Shown here: positions 24,509 to 34,294 of the stretch, in pieces
How the letters are laid out: every line of letters starts with the position of its first letter
How positions within the stretch are numbered: position 1 is the stretch's first letter
Assembly: GCA_965215275.1 (NCBI GenBank)
Contig: OZ244044.1
Location: 1,926,024 to 1,990,023 of the forward strand
Origin: Thermodesulfobacteriota bacterium
Lineage (GTDB): Bacteria > Desulfobacterota_D > UBA1144 > Nemesobacterales > JAJCZQ01
DNA: 64,000 nucleotides
Direction: 5' to 3'
Program-made: the position numbers and the translations under genes
Notes under the pieces: generated by a model
Database searches by the model: none
The model's input: the letters and a program-made list of their open reading frames with translations, nothing else
What the model was told of the DNA's origin: nothing

Positions 24509-25852
24509 ATGAAAAAACTAAACTCTTTAATCGTATTAGTCCTGATTTTAGTGTGCTTTTCTTTGTTTTACACTGGCTGTGATGACGATAATGAGTGTGG
24601 TGATTCTTTCTGCATAGGAATTGTTTTACCTGAAACGGGACCTTCTGCGTCAGGTTTTCCGACTATGAAGGCAGCTATTGATCTTGCAGTGTCAGATATT
24701 AATGCAGCCGGAGGGAACATCAAGGTCTTTTTTGGGGATAGTAAGGGTGTCCCTAGTGAAGCTGACAAAATTGCAGAGGAATTTTTAAATATTGGAGTTC
24801 ATGGAATTGTTGGTGCTTGGTCTTCTGCAGTTTCTCTTGGTATGATCGATCGAGTGACCGGAAACGAAGTAGTTATGATATCGCCTTCAAATACATCCCC
24901 CAGTTTAACTGAATATAATGAGGGTTTTTTAGCGAGAAGGGATGTTCAATACCCCTATTACTACAGAACCACTCCTTCGGATGTTTTTCAGGGACCATTA
25001 ATGGTAAGTACTATAGCTGCTGATGTTCCTGCTGACCCAGTTGACATAGCACTTATCTATCGTAATGACAATTGGGGAGAAAGACTATCGGCAGAGATAG
25101 AAAAGTCGATTGAATCTACCACTTCGGCTTTTGGTGCCAGAACTGTTAATTTATCAAAAGTATCTTATGATCCTGATCCTAACAACTTAGATACTGCAAC
25201 CATAATCTCAGATATTGAGAGTATTGTTGATACCAATACAGACGTCATAATTCTTCTCGTTTTTGATGAGGGCAGTGAAATACTGAGAGAGATGATAAAA
25301 TCAACTGCAATCCAAGATCCAGGCACTGTCAAATACTATCTGGGAGATGGTTATACGCATACAGATATAGATGATAGAGTGAGTGACGGAGATGCTAACT
25401 TAATGGGGAAAACTAGTGGTATTAAGGCCATCCGCGCAACCGCGGATCAGTGTAGATTTCCGGAGTTTCAAACAGCTTTGCAAAGAATTAATCCAGAACT
25501 GATAGACTTTGCGTTCACCAGTGAAGTTTATGACGCTTTAGTGCTTCTTGCATTGGCTTCCTTGTCTGCGGGTAGTAATGAACCTACAGAATATGTTTCT
25601 GAAATGATTAAAGTTTCCAAAGATGGAATGTCTTGTACTACTTACAGAGAATGTGCTGAACTTCTGACTGATGGTGATAACGCCAATGACGACATTGATT
25701 ACAATGGGATTTCAGGTATGATAGGGTTTGATGAGAATGGAGATATATCCAGTGCGTTCTATGCTATTTTAGAGTATGACGGCAGCGGCATTGGAAATCG
25801 TAGTGTGGTTAATAGAGATGGCACTCCTGTAGGATCTTGTCCTCAAAATTAG
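24509..25852 (+). CDS. LivJ-like ABC substrate-binding lipoprotein, paralog 1
   Basis: Lipobox TGC; ISPSNTSP, YYRTTPSD, YNGISG motifs. ATG after GGAGG. Confidence 0.85.
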   Translation: MKKLNSLIVLVLILVCFSLFYTGCDDDNECGDSFCIGIVLPETGPSASGFPTMKAAIDLAVSDINAAGGNIKVFFGDSKGVPSEADKIAEEFLNIGVHGIVGAWSSAVSLGMIDRVTGNEVVMISPSNTSPSLTEYNEGFLARRDVQYPYYYRTTPSDVFQGPLMVSTIAADVPADPVDIALIYRNDNWGERLSAEIEKSIESTTSAFGARTVNLSKVSYDPDPNNLDTATIISDIESIVDTNTDVIILLVFDEGSEILREMIKSTAIQDPGTVKYYLGDGYTHTDIDDRVSDGDANLMGKTSGIKAIRATADQCRFPEFQTALQRINPELIDFAFTSEVYDALVLLALASLSAGSNEPTEYVSEMIKVSKDGMSCTTYRECAELLTDGDNANDDIDYNGISGMIGFDENGDISSAFYAILEYDGSGIGNRSVVNRDGTPVGSCPQN

Positions 25853-26021
25853 ATTATATTATAGCTGTTATATATTTTTTGGGAATTATAAATACTCATT
25901 TTATTTTGGCTAATATATATATTTTTTTCTGTAATTCTTGAAAAAGCTGAAAATTAGAAAGATAAAGTGTATGACAAGGCAAGGTGATTTATCCAAATAT
26001 GACAACAAAGTCAATGAATGT

Positions 26022-26175
26022 AATGTTCTAAATCGTACTACATTTTGTAAAGATAACCTTGAGGTATTAAAAGTTATAATTCCGATTGCGTTTATTTTAT
26101 TTATCTTAACCCACCTTTTAATAAAAAATGTTTCCTCCATCTATAGATAATAGTGCAGAAGGAGCAATTTTTAAG
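26022..26175 (+). pseudogene. N-terminal remnant of N4/N6 DNA methyltransferase fused to GT2 start
   Basis: Across frameshifts reads NRTTFCKDNLEVLK-NSDCVYFIYLNPPFNKK-MFPPSIDNSAEGAIFK (DPPF-type motif IV region). Confidence 0.65.
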
Positions 26176-27051
26176 TTTGCCGTAGTAATTACCTCATACA
26201 ATAAAGGGAAATGGTTAAAGGAGGCAATTAACTCGGTTCTTAGCCAAACTTTGCAGGACGTGCAACTTATAGTAGTTGATGATTGCTCGGATGACCCTGA
26301 AACAATTAAGGTTCTGAACCAGATTTCAAAGGATGTTCATGTAATAAGACTGGATAAGAACAGAGGAGTTTCAGCAGCTCGTAATGAAGGAATAAAGAAT
26401 GCAGATTCTGAATATATATGTTGTCTTGATGGAGATGATTATTTAGAGCCAACCTATTTAGAGAAAGCAAGGAACATGTTTGAAAACTATAAAGATGTTG
26501 GGATAGTGGCTTCTTTTTTTAATGAATTTGGAGATATTACTAACAAGTGTAGTTATAGTGTGGGTGATACAAGTTTAGTTAGGATGTTAACACGGCCTTA
26601 TATAGTATCGGCATCTTGTTTCAGGCGAAAGGCATCCGTTAAAGTAGGTATGTATGATGAAAATTTGGTGACTCATGACGATTGGGAGCACTGGATAAAT
26701 ATAGCTAAAGATGGATGGAAGATAAAAGTAATACCTGAATATTTAACAAACCGTAGAAGACACGGGCATTCAAAGTCTTTGAATAATGCCAGTAAGGCAG
26801 ATGTTTGTTATTCCTATATGATAAATAAGCACAGAAAGTCATATGAAAAACATTGGGTTGAGGTCGTAACCGCAAAACATCGGTATACTAGTGGGTGGAT
26901 GGTAGAACATAAAAGATTAAGGCTCCAACATAAAAGGTTACAAAGTTTTCTGTTATTACGGATTATGTCTTGGGTATGGTTTAAGGTACTCAAGAGATTT
27001 CTCCCTAAAGGTCTGCAGAAGTTAATATACAGATTATTGTTTGGTGATTGA
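26128..27051 (+). CDS. GT2 glycosyltransferase paralog with about 2 degenerate heptads and amphipathic anchor
   Basis: Paralog of 2..1840; tail EHKRLRLQHKRLQSFLLLRIMSW. Confidence 0.9.
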   Translation: MFPPSIDNSAEGAIFKFAVVITSYNKGKWLKEAINSVLSQTLQDVQLIVVDDCSDDPETIKVLNQISKDVHVIRLDKNRGVSAARNEGIKNADSEYICCLDGDDYLEPTYLEKARNMFENYKDVGIVASFFNEFGDITNKCSYSVGDTSLVRMLTRPYIVSASCFRRKASVKVGMYDENLVTHDDWEHWINIAKDGWKIKVIPEYLTNRRRHGHSKSLNNASKADVCYSYMINKHRKSYEKHWVEVVTAKHRYTSGWMVEHKRLRLQHKRLQSFLLLRIMSWVWFKVLKRFLPKGLQKLIYRLLFGD

Positions 27052-27130
27052 TGATAACTACTCTATAACAGACTAAATTATCTGTTTGTATTTGTTAGAT
27101 ATTGAGTAAGGTAAGTTTCCTTATTGTTAC

Positions 27131-27647
27131 ATGGTCTGCAAAGTAAAATTTGGTTTGATATACGATTCAGTTTACCTGAACCCAAACTTATGGGAACTAT
27201 ATACTTTAGTAACCAAAACACTTAATAGACAAGTTAAAATATGGTATGACTTCATATATCAAAAAGAGCAATTTACAGATATGTATAATTTCTGTTTAGA
27301 AGAAAGAATAAGATCTTATAAAGTAAGGTAAGAAGAGTGTCAGTAAAAATTTCCAATATGCTGAAAAACCAGAAGTTAGCAAGACATATTACAGATCAGA
27401 GATGGGGAAGAACTAAAATTCAGTTGTGAAATACAAGGTTGAGAGCACTGGTCGTCAGTTTATTGAAGTTCCAGTTCCATATACATCACAAACCTTTTCA
27501 GCATGTGATTTTGTTGATAGAAGAAACAGAAAAAGAGTAGTGTTTATGTGTCTGTCTTGTGGTCATACGGACCACGCTGACACTTGCAATAGTGAAAAAC
27601 TATGTCGGGTGGAAAAACCAAACTTGAGTTCCCAATACAAGTTGTAA
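27131..27647 (+). pseudogene. tnpB: IS200/IS605 TnpB remnant
   Basis: MYNFCLEER piece, then LARHITDQRWG, YTSQT, MCLSCGHTDHAD zinc-ribbon pieces; stops and an internal deletion. Confidence 0.75.
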
Positions 27648-27864
27648 ATGTTATAAAATCAAAAGAGAACGGGGAATTAAGAGGGACTCTGCTTGCAGAA
27701 CAGTATGTTTAGTATTTGGTTACTACAGTGTATAGTTTCATAACCCCATTTTTGCTTGAATACTAGTTAGTAAATGTAGCAGGTTCTTATTAGACAACCA
27801 GCGTTATCGTATTGACTTAAAATAGTTTTTCTGCTTAAGTACTGTAAAAAGTGGAGTTCAATTA

Positions 27865-29262
27865 GTGAACAATTTAAAATTCTTAATCTTTTCTATCTTA
27901 TTTTTAGTGTGTTTTTCGTTATTACATCTTGGTTGTGATGACGATGATGAGTGTGGTAATTCTTTTTGTGTGGGAGCTATTTTCCCCGAAACTGGTGATG
28001 CAGCTAACGCGGGACCAATTCTGAAAGCAGGGTTACAACTGGCTATGTCAGATGTGAATGATGCCGGTGGCAACATTAAGATTATCTTTAGGGATAGTGC
28101 AGGTGTCCCGGAAACAGCTGATGTCGCGGCTGAGGAACTTTTAGACATGGGGGTTCATGGCATAGTGGGAGCTTATGCCTCAGGGGTTTCTCAAGGGTTT
28201 ATTCGTAGGGTAACCAGAGATAATAGAGTGGTTATGATATCTCCTTCCAATACTTCGCCTAGTTTTACTGAGTACAATGAAGGTTTTCTGGATGTTTTTC
28301 AAGAGGAAGATTTTCCATATTACTACAGGACTGCTTCTTCGGATGTTCATAGGGTAAGGTTAATGATAGACCGAATAAAAACTGAACTGTCATCAGTAGA
28401 CCCAATCAAAATAGCTATGGTCTACAGAACTGATGATTGGGGAACGCGACTGTCAAAGCTGATAGAGAATACTATTGAAAGGGATGCAAAGTTAAAATTG
28501 ATTGGTACAGTATCATATTCTCGTGAGCAAGCCATTGCTATAACCAGTGGAGCGAATTCTATTACTGCCGTCGATACTATTATTACTGAGGTTAATGCTA
28601 TTGAAGATGAAGACAGTAATAGTATTACATCGGCAGATGCCATACTTCTTATTACTTTTGACGAGGGAACTAATATCCTGAAGGGTATGATAGACTCAGG
28701 CAGTATTCCAAATCCTGACATGGTTCGTTACTATATGGGACTGTATATATCTCGTTCAATTCTGGCTGAAGGAGTGTGTGGTAGTAGTGGCAGTAATGGC
28801 AGTAATACAATGTGTTCTGATATTAACGGTATTGAAGCTTTTACACTAACTTCAAACCCAAGTAAAAGGATGGCATTTGAACAACGACTTAGAGAAAGGA
28901 ATTCCTCAGATCTGCCAGATGTTTTGAATTTTGCTTCTGAAACTTATGATGCAGTAATTCTTCTTGCATTGGCATCTCTGTCCGCTGATAGTAATGAACC
29001 TACAGAATATGTTTCTAAAATGATAGATATTTCTAAAGATGGAAAGATTTGCAGTAATTATAGTGAATGTAGAATGCTTTTAATGAATAATGATAATATT
29101 GACTACAATGGGATTTCTGGAGATATAGACTTTGATGGACTTGGAGATATAACTAAGTCATTTTATGATATCGTTACGTATACGTCGACCGATGAAACGC
29201 GCAGTACATATTCTCTCACGGTAGACGAAAATGGAGATTCAAGTTTTGCGGTTGTTCCATAA
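27865..29262 (+). CDS. LivJ-like ABC substrate-binding lipoprotein, paralog 2
   Basis: Lipobox LGC; clear paralog of 24509..25852. Confidence 0.85.
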   Translation: MNNLKFLIFSILFLVCFSLLHLGCDDDDECGNSFCVGAIFPETGDAANAGPILKAGLQLAMSDVNDAGGNIKIIFRDSAGVPETADVAAEELLDMGVHGIVGAYASGVSQGFIRRVTRDNRVVMISPSNTSPSFTEYNEGFLDVFQEEDFPYYYRTASSDVHRVRLMIDRIKTELSSVDPIKIAMVYRTDDWGTRLSKLIENTIERDAKLKLIGTVSYSREQAIAITSGANSITAVDTIITEVNAIEDEDSNSITSADAILLITFDEGTNILKGMIDSGSIPNPDMVRYYMGLYISRSILAEGVCGSSGSNGSNTMCSDINGIEAFTLTSNPSKRMAFEQRLRERNSSDLPDVLNFASETYDAVILLALASLSADSNEPTEYVSKMIDISKDGKICSNYSECRMLLMNNDNIDYNGISGDIDFDGLGDITKSFYDIVTYTSTDETRSTYSLTVDENGDSSFAVVP

Positions 29263-29351
29263 ATATCTTGTGTTTAGTTCTGCATTTGGAAATCCACTTT
29301 ACATATTAAGCGTTCTTCGAATGAATTTTTGCGTAGATTTTAGCAAATTCT

Positions 29352-29924
29352 GTGATAAATATGAAAAGATGTCAGTGGTGTTTGGGAAATGATATGTACG
29401 TGGATTACCATGATGAGGAATGGGGAGTTCCGGTATTTGATGATCGAAAGCAGTTTGAGTTTTTAGTTTTAGAATCTGCCCAGGCAGGGCTGAGCTGGCT
29501 TACTATATTGAAAAAAAGAGAAAATTTCAGAAAGGCTTATGATGATTTTAGTGTGGAAAAAGTAGCAGGTTTTAAAGATAAAAAGATTGAAGAGCTATTG
29601 CTGAATCCCGGAATTATCAGAAACAGGAAAAAAATAGAAGCATCTGTCAATAATGCAAAAAAGTTTTTAGATATTCAGGAAAGTTTCGGTAGCTTCTGCA
29701 ACTATATTTGGGATTTTGTAGATGGTGTGCCGTTGGTAAACGAGTGGCAGGACATAGATGATATACCTGCAACAACCAAACTCTCTGATATGATTGCAAA
29801 AGATTTAAAGCAAAAGGGTTTTAAATTTTTAGGATCAACTATATTGTATGCTCATCTCCAAGCAGTTGGCGTTGTAAATGATCACGTTGTTGACTGCTTC
29901 AGATATGAAGAGGTTCAGCGTTAA
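29352..29924 (+). CDS. tag: DNA-3-methyladenine glycosylase I
   Basis: RCQW, YHDEEWG, LESAQAGLSW, NDHVVDC. Confidence 0.95.
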   Translation: MINMKRCQWCLGNDMYVDYHDEEWGVPVFDDRKQFEFLVLESAQAGLSWLTILKKRENFRKAYDDFSVEKVAGFKDKKIEELLLNPGIIRNRKKIEASVNNAKKFLDIQESFGSFCNYIWDFVDGVPLVNEWQDIDDIPATTKLSDMIAKDLKQKGFKFLGSTILYAHLQAVGVVNDHVVDCFRYEEVQR

Positions 29925-31312
29925 TCCGGAAAGACCTTACCAGGATTTAAAATATTGTTGGGATCGAAAATTCTTTTTATTTTTTTCATAATGTTAATTT
30001 CTTCGGCCGTTCTTGTGTACTTAAGGTAAGGCTTTTTGACCAGACCAACGCCGTGCTCCGCCGATATGCTTCCTCTGTATTTTTTTACCACCTTGAATAA
30101 TTTTGTGTTAGCCTTTTTACAAATTTCTAAAAATTCCCGTTCGTTATAATCTTTCGGTTTTAAAATATTTATATGTATATTTCCATCTCCTATGTGTCCA
30201 AAGAGAACTGTACAAAAATCCGTATATTCTCTTTGTAAAATTTTCTCTATATCCTTTATGAATTTAGGTATATATGATGTTTTTACGGAGACATCATTTT
30301 TATACGTTACAAATTCTGATATTGCCTCGGTGATATTTTCGCGTAGGTTCCATAAACTTATACTCTGTGAATCGGTCTGACTTATTATTGCCTGTCCTAT
30401 TAAATCATTTTCAACGGCATCTTGATAGATTTTATGAATTTTTTCTAGGTCACGATCTGTTGATACTTCTATGTCTATTATCAGGTAGTAGCGATATTCG
30501 TTATTTATGGGAAAACCCTTTTTGTTCTTACGATTTATGTGCTGGACTGAATTTGCCGAGAAAAATTCAAACGCGTTAATTTTGACCTTTTGTCTAAATA
30601 AACTGAGAATGCTAACTGAATTGCTTATATCATTTATTCCAATCAGCATCACGGAGGACCTGAGAGGTCTCTGGATTAACTGCAAGGTAGCTTCCACTAC
30701 AAAACCCAATGTACCTTCGCTGCCGACTATAAGGTCTTTTAAATTATATCCCGTGGCATTTTTAGTTAGCCCCTTGTTTAGATTCAGTACTTCTCCTGCT
30801 CCAGTTACTATTTTTAATCCTTTTACCCAATTTTTTGTAGAACCGTATCTTATAACATGAATTCCCCCGGCGTTTGTTGCAATGTTTCCTCCTATCTGGC
30901 TTGATCCCTTGGACGCAAGGTCAATCGGATAATAAAGCTCTTTTTTTTCAGCGAATTTCTGTACCTCTTGTGTTGTAACTCCGGCCTCCACGTCTACTGT
31001 CTGATCAACTTCATTAAATGAGAGAATCGTGTTCATTCTTTCAAGTGAAACGACCAGTTCCTTGTTTAATGCCAAGGCACCAGCACTTAATCCCGTTCTC
31101 CCTCCTGAAGGTGTTAAAGGAAGTTTATTCTTGTTAGCAAAGATGACTATTTTTCTTATGTCTTCAACTGTTTGAGGAAATGCTATTGCAAGTGGGTCAG
31201 GGGTGGAATTTCTTGTCCAGTCAGTTCCATACAGTTCAAGATATTCCCTCTCGGTTGTGATTTTACAGTTTACTGTTTCCCGTAATCTTGAAATAAGGGA
31301 TAAGTTATCCAT
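29921..31312 (-). CDS. FAD-linked oxidase (D-2-hydroxyacid dehydrogenase / GlcD family)
   Basis: GGNIATNAGG, GSEGTLG, GHIGDGNIH, SAEHGVG, LNPGK. Confidence 0.9.
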   Translation of the reverse strand: MDNLSLISRLRETVNCKITTEREYLELYGTDWTRNSTPDPLAIAFPQTVEDIRKIVIFANKNKLPLTPSGGRTGLSAGALALNKELVVSLERMNTILSFNEVDQTVDVEAGVTTQEVQKFAEKKELYYPIDLASKGSSQIGGNIATNAGGIHVIRYGSTKNWVKGLKIVTGAGEVLNLNKGLTKNATGYNLKDLIVGSEGTLGFVVEATLQLIQRPLRSSVMLIGINDISNSVSILSLFRQKVKINAFEFFSANSVQHINRKNKKGFPINNEYRYYLIIDIEVSTDRDLEKIHKIYQDAVENDLIGQAIISQTDSQSISLWNLRENITEAISEFVTYKNDVSVKTSYIPKFIKDIEKILQREYTDFCTVLFGHIGDGNIHINILKPKDYNEREFLEICKKANTKLFKVVKKYRGSISAEHGVGLVKKPYLKYTRTAEEINIMKKIKRIFDPNNILNPGKVFPD

Positions 31313-31325
31313 ATACTGTTTTTAC

Positions 31326-31958
31326 TTAAGCAGTCTCAAACACTTTTAAGAGGTAACTGCCGCTTTTTCTTGTTATGCTAATAATTTTTTCAATATCATC
31401 ACCTGATATGTCTTTTTCTATATGTCTGACCGTTTTTTTGATCGCCTGAGAATGTCCTGGGTCTTCCTTTGCATGTACCTCTATGAACTTTGAGGGAAAA
31501 TCAAGAGGTTTACCCTTGGGAAAAAGAATTCCCGAAACGTTTTCAAAAAGGTAGGAATGTCCAAGTATGCCCAGAGGGTAATTATCGGCATGTTTCTGGA
31601 GAAAGTTATCATATTCATCCACAATTTGTTTGTTGTTCAGTTCAAACTCTTTCTCTCCAAGATCGGAGAGGTCCTTTAATGCGATTTCAGCATGTCCAAG
31701 TTCTCCCTTTGCGCATAGATGAAATCTTTTGCTCATATATGGATTACAAGAGGCAGTTTTCTGGCTTGCCTTTTTTACGGCTTTATGGCTTAAATGTTCA
31801 ATAATATAAAATGTTTTGAGGAACTTGCGATAAACGTCTGATGAAATACTTCCATTCTGTAACTTTTTAACTTCAGGTTTACTCTCAACAGTTTTTAAAT
31901 AGCTTTCAACTTCTTTATCTAATCTTTGTTCAAGTCTGCTCATTTTAAACCTCACCAA
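31326..31958 (-). CDS. Heme-oxygenase-like diiron redox enzyme
   Basis: ELGH, YLFE, H-x3-D-x2-H (HAKEDPGH). Confidence 0.65.
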   Translation of the reverse strand: MVRFKMSRLEQRLDKEVESYLKTVESKPEVKKLQNGSISSDVYRKFLKTFYIIEHLSHKAVKKASQKTASCNPYMSKRFHLCAKGELGHAEIALKDLSDLGEKEFELNNKQIVDEYDNFLQKHADNYPLGILGHSYLFENVSGILFPKGKPLDFPSKFIEVHAKEDPGHSQAIKKTVRHIEKDISGDDIEKIISITRKSGSYLLKVFETA

Positions 31959-32497
31959 CTCTAATGTATAAGATCATACTATTATATTAGTTTGGTTCAT
32001 CTCTGTAAATGATTTGATAGACCCGGTTTGTAGGAAAGCTGTTTGGATCGAGGATGAAGAGTGGAATAATTTCTTATATCAGTATAATCAGGTATTTTGG
32101 AATTGGATTGCCCAATCAGGTAGTCTTTAGATCCAGATTAGCCGTTGCCTGGAATTAGTTTTATGAAAACGAACCACAATATCATAATAGGTGATTCGAG
32201 GGAATATAGAACCCATTGAAGATTCATCGGTTCATCTTGATAATTACTTTCCCACCGTATTGGCAACTCAAGGATTATAGAAGTGTTAAAAGAAATTAAA
32301 AAAAGTATGGTGGCAAGATTTTTATTTTTTTCAACGAAAAGCAGAAAGCAGGAAATCATACACGATGCTGAAGTGATGGATCATTTAAACAACAAAGTAA
32401 AGCGGTTGAAAAATGAATGATACTTTTACTGTCTGTAAATATTCCTGCTGATTCTTTAATGTTCTTTAGTATAATATCATAGATTTTTATGCGGTTT

Positions 32498-32571
32498 GCG
32501 CCCGTAGCTCAACTGGACAGAGCGTGTGACTACGGATCACAAGGTTGGGGGTTCGACTCCCTCCGGGCGTG
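32498..32571 (+). tRNA. tRNA-Arg(ACG)
   Basis: Cloverleaf, anticodon ACG. Confidence 0.95.
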
Positions 32572-32600
32572 CTTTACGACTTGAACTAACAGTTGCAACC

Positions 32601-33434
32601 TCAATATTCCAAAATATCAAGTTTTGGTTTTTTATCTATCAGCCCTTTGCCGTAAGCTCTGCTGAACAAATGTTCTAATGCAGCAACTCCTTTTTCGCCT
32701 AATTTTACCGTAAGGTCGTTCACGTACATTAAGACAAACTGTTCCGCAACCTCGTTTGCCATGCCTCTTCCGAATTCAAGAGCGTACTCAAGGGCTTCCT
32801 GTTTGTTGTTAAGTGCAAATTCTATACTTTCATAGTGAACCCGGAGAGCTTCTTTCTGAAGTGATTCCTCAATATCTCTGCGAATAACGTTCAGGCCAAG
32901 AGGTAAGGGTAGCGATGTATCATCTGCCCAGAGTTCTCCAAGGTCCAATAACTTCTCCAATCCTGAATCTTTGTACGTCAGCTGTCCTTCATGTATCAGC
33001 AGTCCCGCGTCCACGTTATTGCTTTTTACTTCATCAATTATTTTATCAAATGGGACTTCTACCGGAACAAATCCTTCAACATAAAGCGTAAGGAGCAGAT
33101 ATGCCGTTGTCAGTTTTCCTGGCACAGCGATCTTCTTACCTTTAAGTTCGTTTGTGTTCTTATTTGCAACAACAATAGGACCATATCCATTGCCCATGCT
33201 GGCACCACATGACATAATTCTGTAATGGTCCTGAACTTTCAGATAACCATGTGCCGAAATGGCGGTGGTTTCCAGTTCGCTGTTAAGAGCTCTTTTGTTT
33301 AATGACTGGATATCTTCAATTACGTGCTCAAAATCAATTAAATCAGATGTAATTTTTCCCTTTGCCATACCATAGAACATAAAGGCATCGTCTGCATCAG
33401 GACTGTGTCCTAGGCGCATTAATATCTTGCTCAT
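32601..33434 (-). CDS. mqnD: 1,4-dihydroxy-6-naphthoate synthase (futalosine pathway)
   Basis: GHSPDADDAFMF, GYGP, LIHEGQLTY, PLPLG, MYVN. Confidence 0.9.
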   Translation of the reverse strand: MSKILMRLGHSPDADDAFMFYGMAKGKITSDLIDFEHVIEDIQSLNKRALNSELETTAISAHGYLKVQDHYRIMSCGASMGNGYGPIVVANKNTNELKGKKIAVPGKLTTAYLLLTLYVEGFVPVEVPFDKIIDEVKSNNVDAGLLIHEGQLTYKDSGLEKLLDLGELWADDTSLPLPLGLNVIRRDIEESLQKEALRVHYESIEFALNNKQEALEYALEFGRGMANEVAEQFVLMYVNDLTVKLGEKGVAALEHLFSRAYGKGLIDKKPKLDILEY

Positions 33435-33452
33435 CTATTTTTCTCCTTGGAA

Positions 33453-34250
33453 CTAATTTTTGTAAAGATCCAGCTTATTGAAATTTGTCTCAATACCGAT
33501 CTTGTTCAGACATTGTGCAAATTCTGATATTCCCCTGATTTCCTCTTTATTCAGATCATAGCCTATTCTGTTTTTTATATAGTTGATGCAGAACTCTTTA
33601 CTAATACCAACCCTCTCGGACTCCTTTTCACATATCTCTTCAATAAAATTGACACCTTCCTTCTTGGATATGATCAAGTTATTCAACTGATCACCCAGTT
33701 TTATTCCATCGTTCACTGCTAATAGGGCATAGACGAAAGGCAGTCCGGTAAAGTTAGTCCACATATCACCTAAATCGTAGATCTTATATCTGTTTTTTGT
33801 TGTATACAGAAACTTCAATCCTGTATCTCCGATCAACATTCCCGAGTCTACGTCGGCAAAGAAATTTTCATCGTAGCTTCTTGTTGTAAATTCAACATCC
33901 ATGTTCAGAAAAATTTTGAATAAAACCCTTATCAGACCTGCGGAACTTAGCGAGTATCTATCCAGAGCCACTGATCTTATATCTTTTAACTCTTTATTAG
34001 AGACCAATATAACACTGTCAACTTTTCCAAAAGATGAAATTGATACATCGGGTATCACTTTACACCCTCCACGTGTCAGGAGTTCAATGACTGGAACAAT
34101 CCCCATATCTATCTTTTTTTCCCGGAGCAGTTTGGAAAGAACATTGGGCGGATAGCTGACAATTTCAATAGATGAGTTAATATGACCATTCTTCAATAAA
34201 TGGAACAAGGGCTTTGAATTTAAGAATGGAACATCACCTAACTTAATCAA
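33453..34250 (-). CDS. mqnA: Chorismate dehydratase (futalosine pathway)
   Basis: FLNSKPL, VDSV, LIGD, DLGDMW..TGLPFVYA; adjacent to mqnD. Confidence 0.88.
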   Translation of the reverse strand: MIKLGDVPFLNSKPLFHLLKNGHINSSIEIVSYPPNVLSKLLREKKIDMGIVPVIELLTRGGCKVIPDVSISSFGKVDSVILVSNKELKDIRSVALDRYSLSSAGLIRVLFKIFLNMDVEFTTRSYDENFFADVDSGMLIGDTGLKFLYTTKNRYKIYDLGDMWTNFTGLPFVYALLAVNDGIKLGDQLNNLIISKKEGVNFIEEICEKESERVGISKEFCINYIKNRIGYDLNKEEIRGISEFAQCLNKIGIETNFNKLDLYKN

Positions 34251-34294
34251 TATATGCTCCTTTGAACTAGTACTATCAAGGGGTGTTCAGACTT

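Noticed and set aside
27131..27647. TnpB as effector of the CRISPR array
   Set aside because: Fragmented, 35 kb away, and the repeat is canonical Cas12a-type.
32138..32359. 73-aa hydrophobic ORF
   Set aside because: Looks like gene debris; no assignable family.
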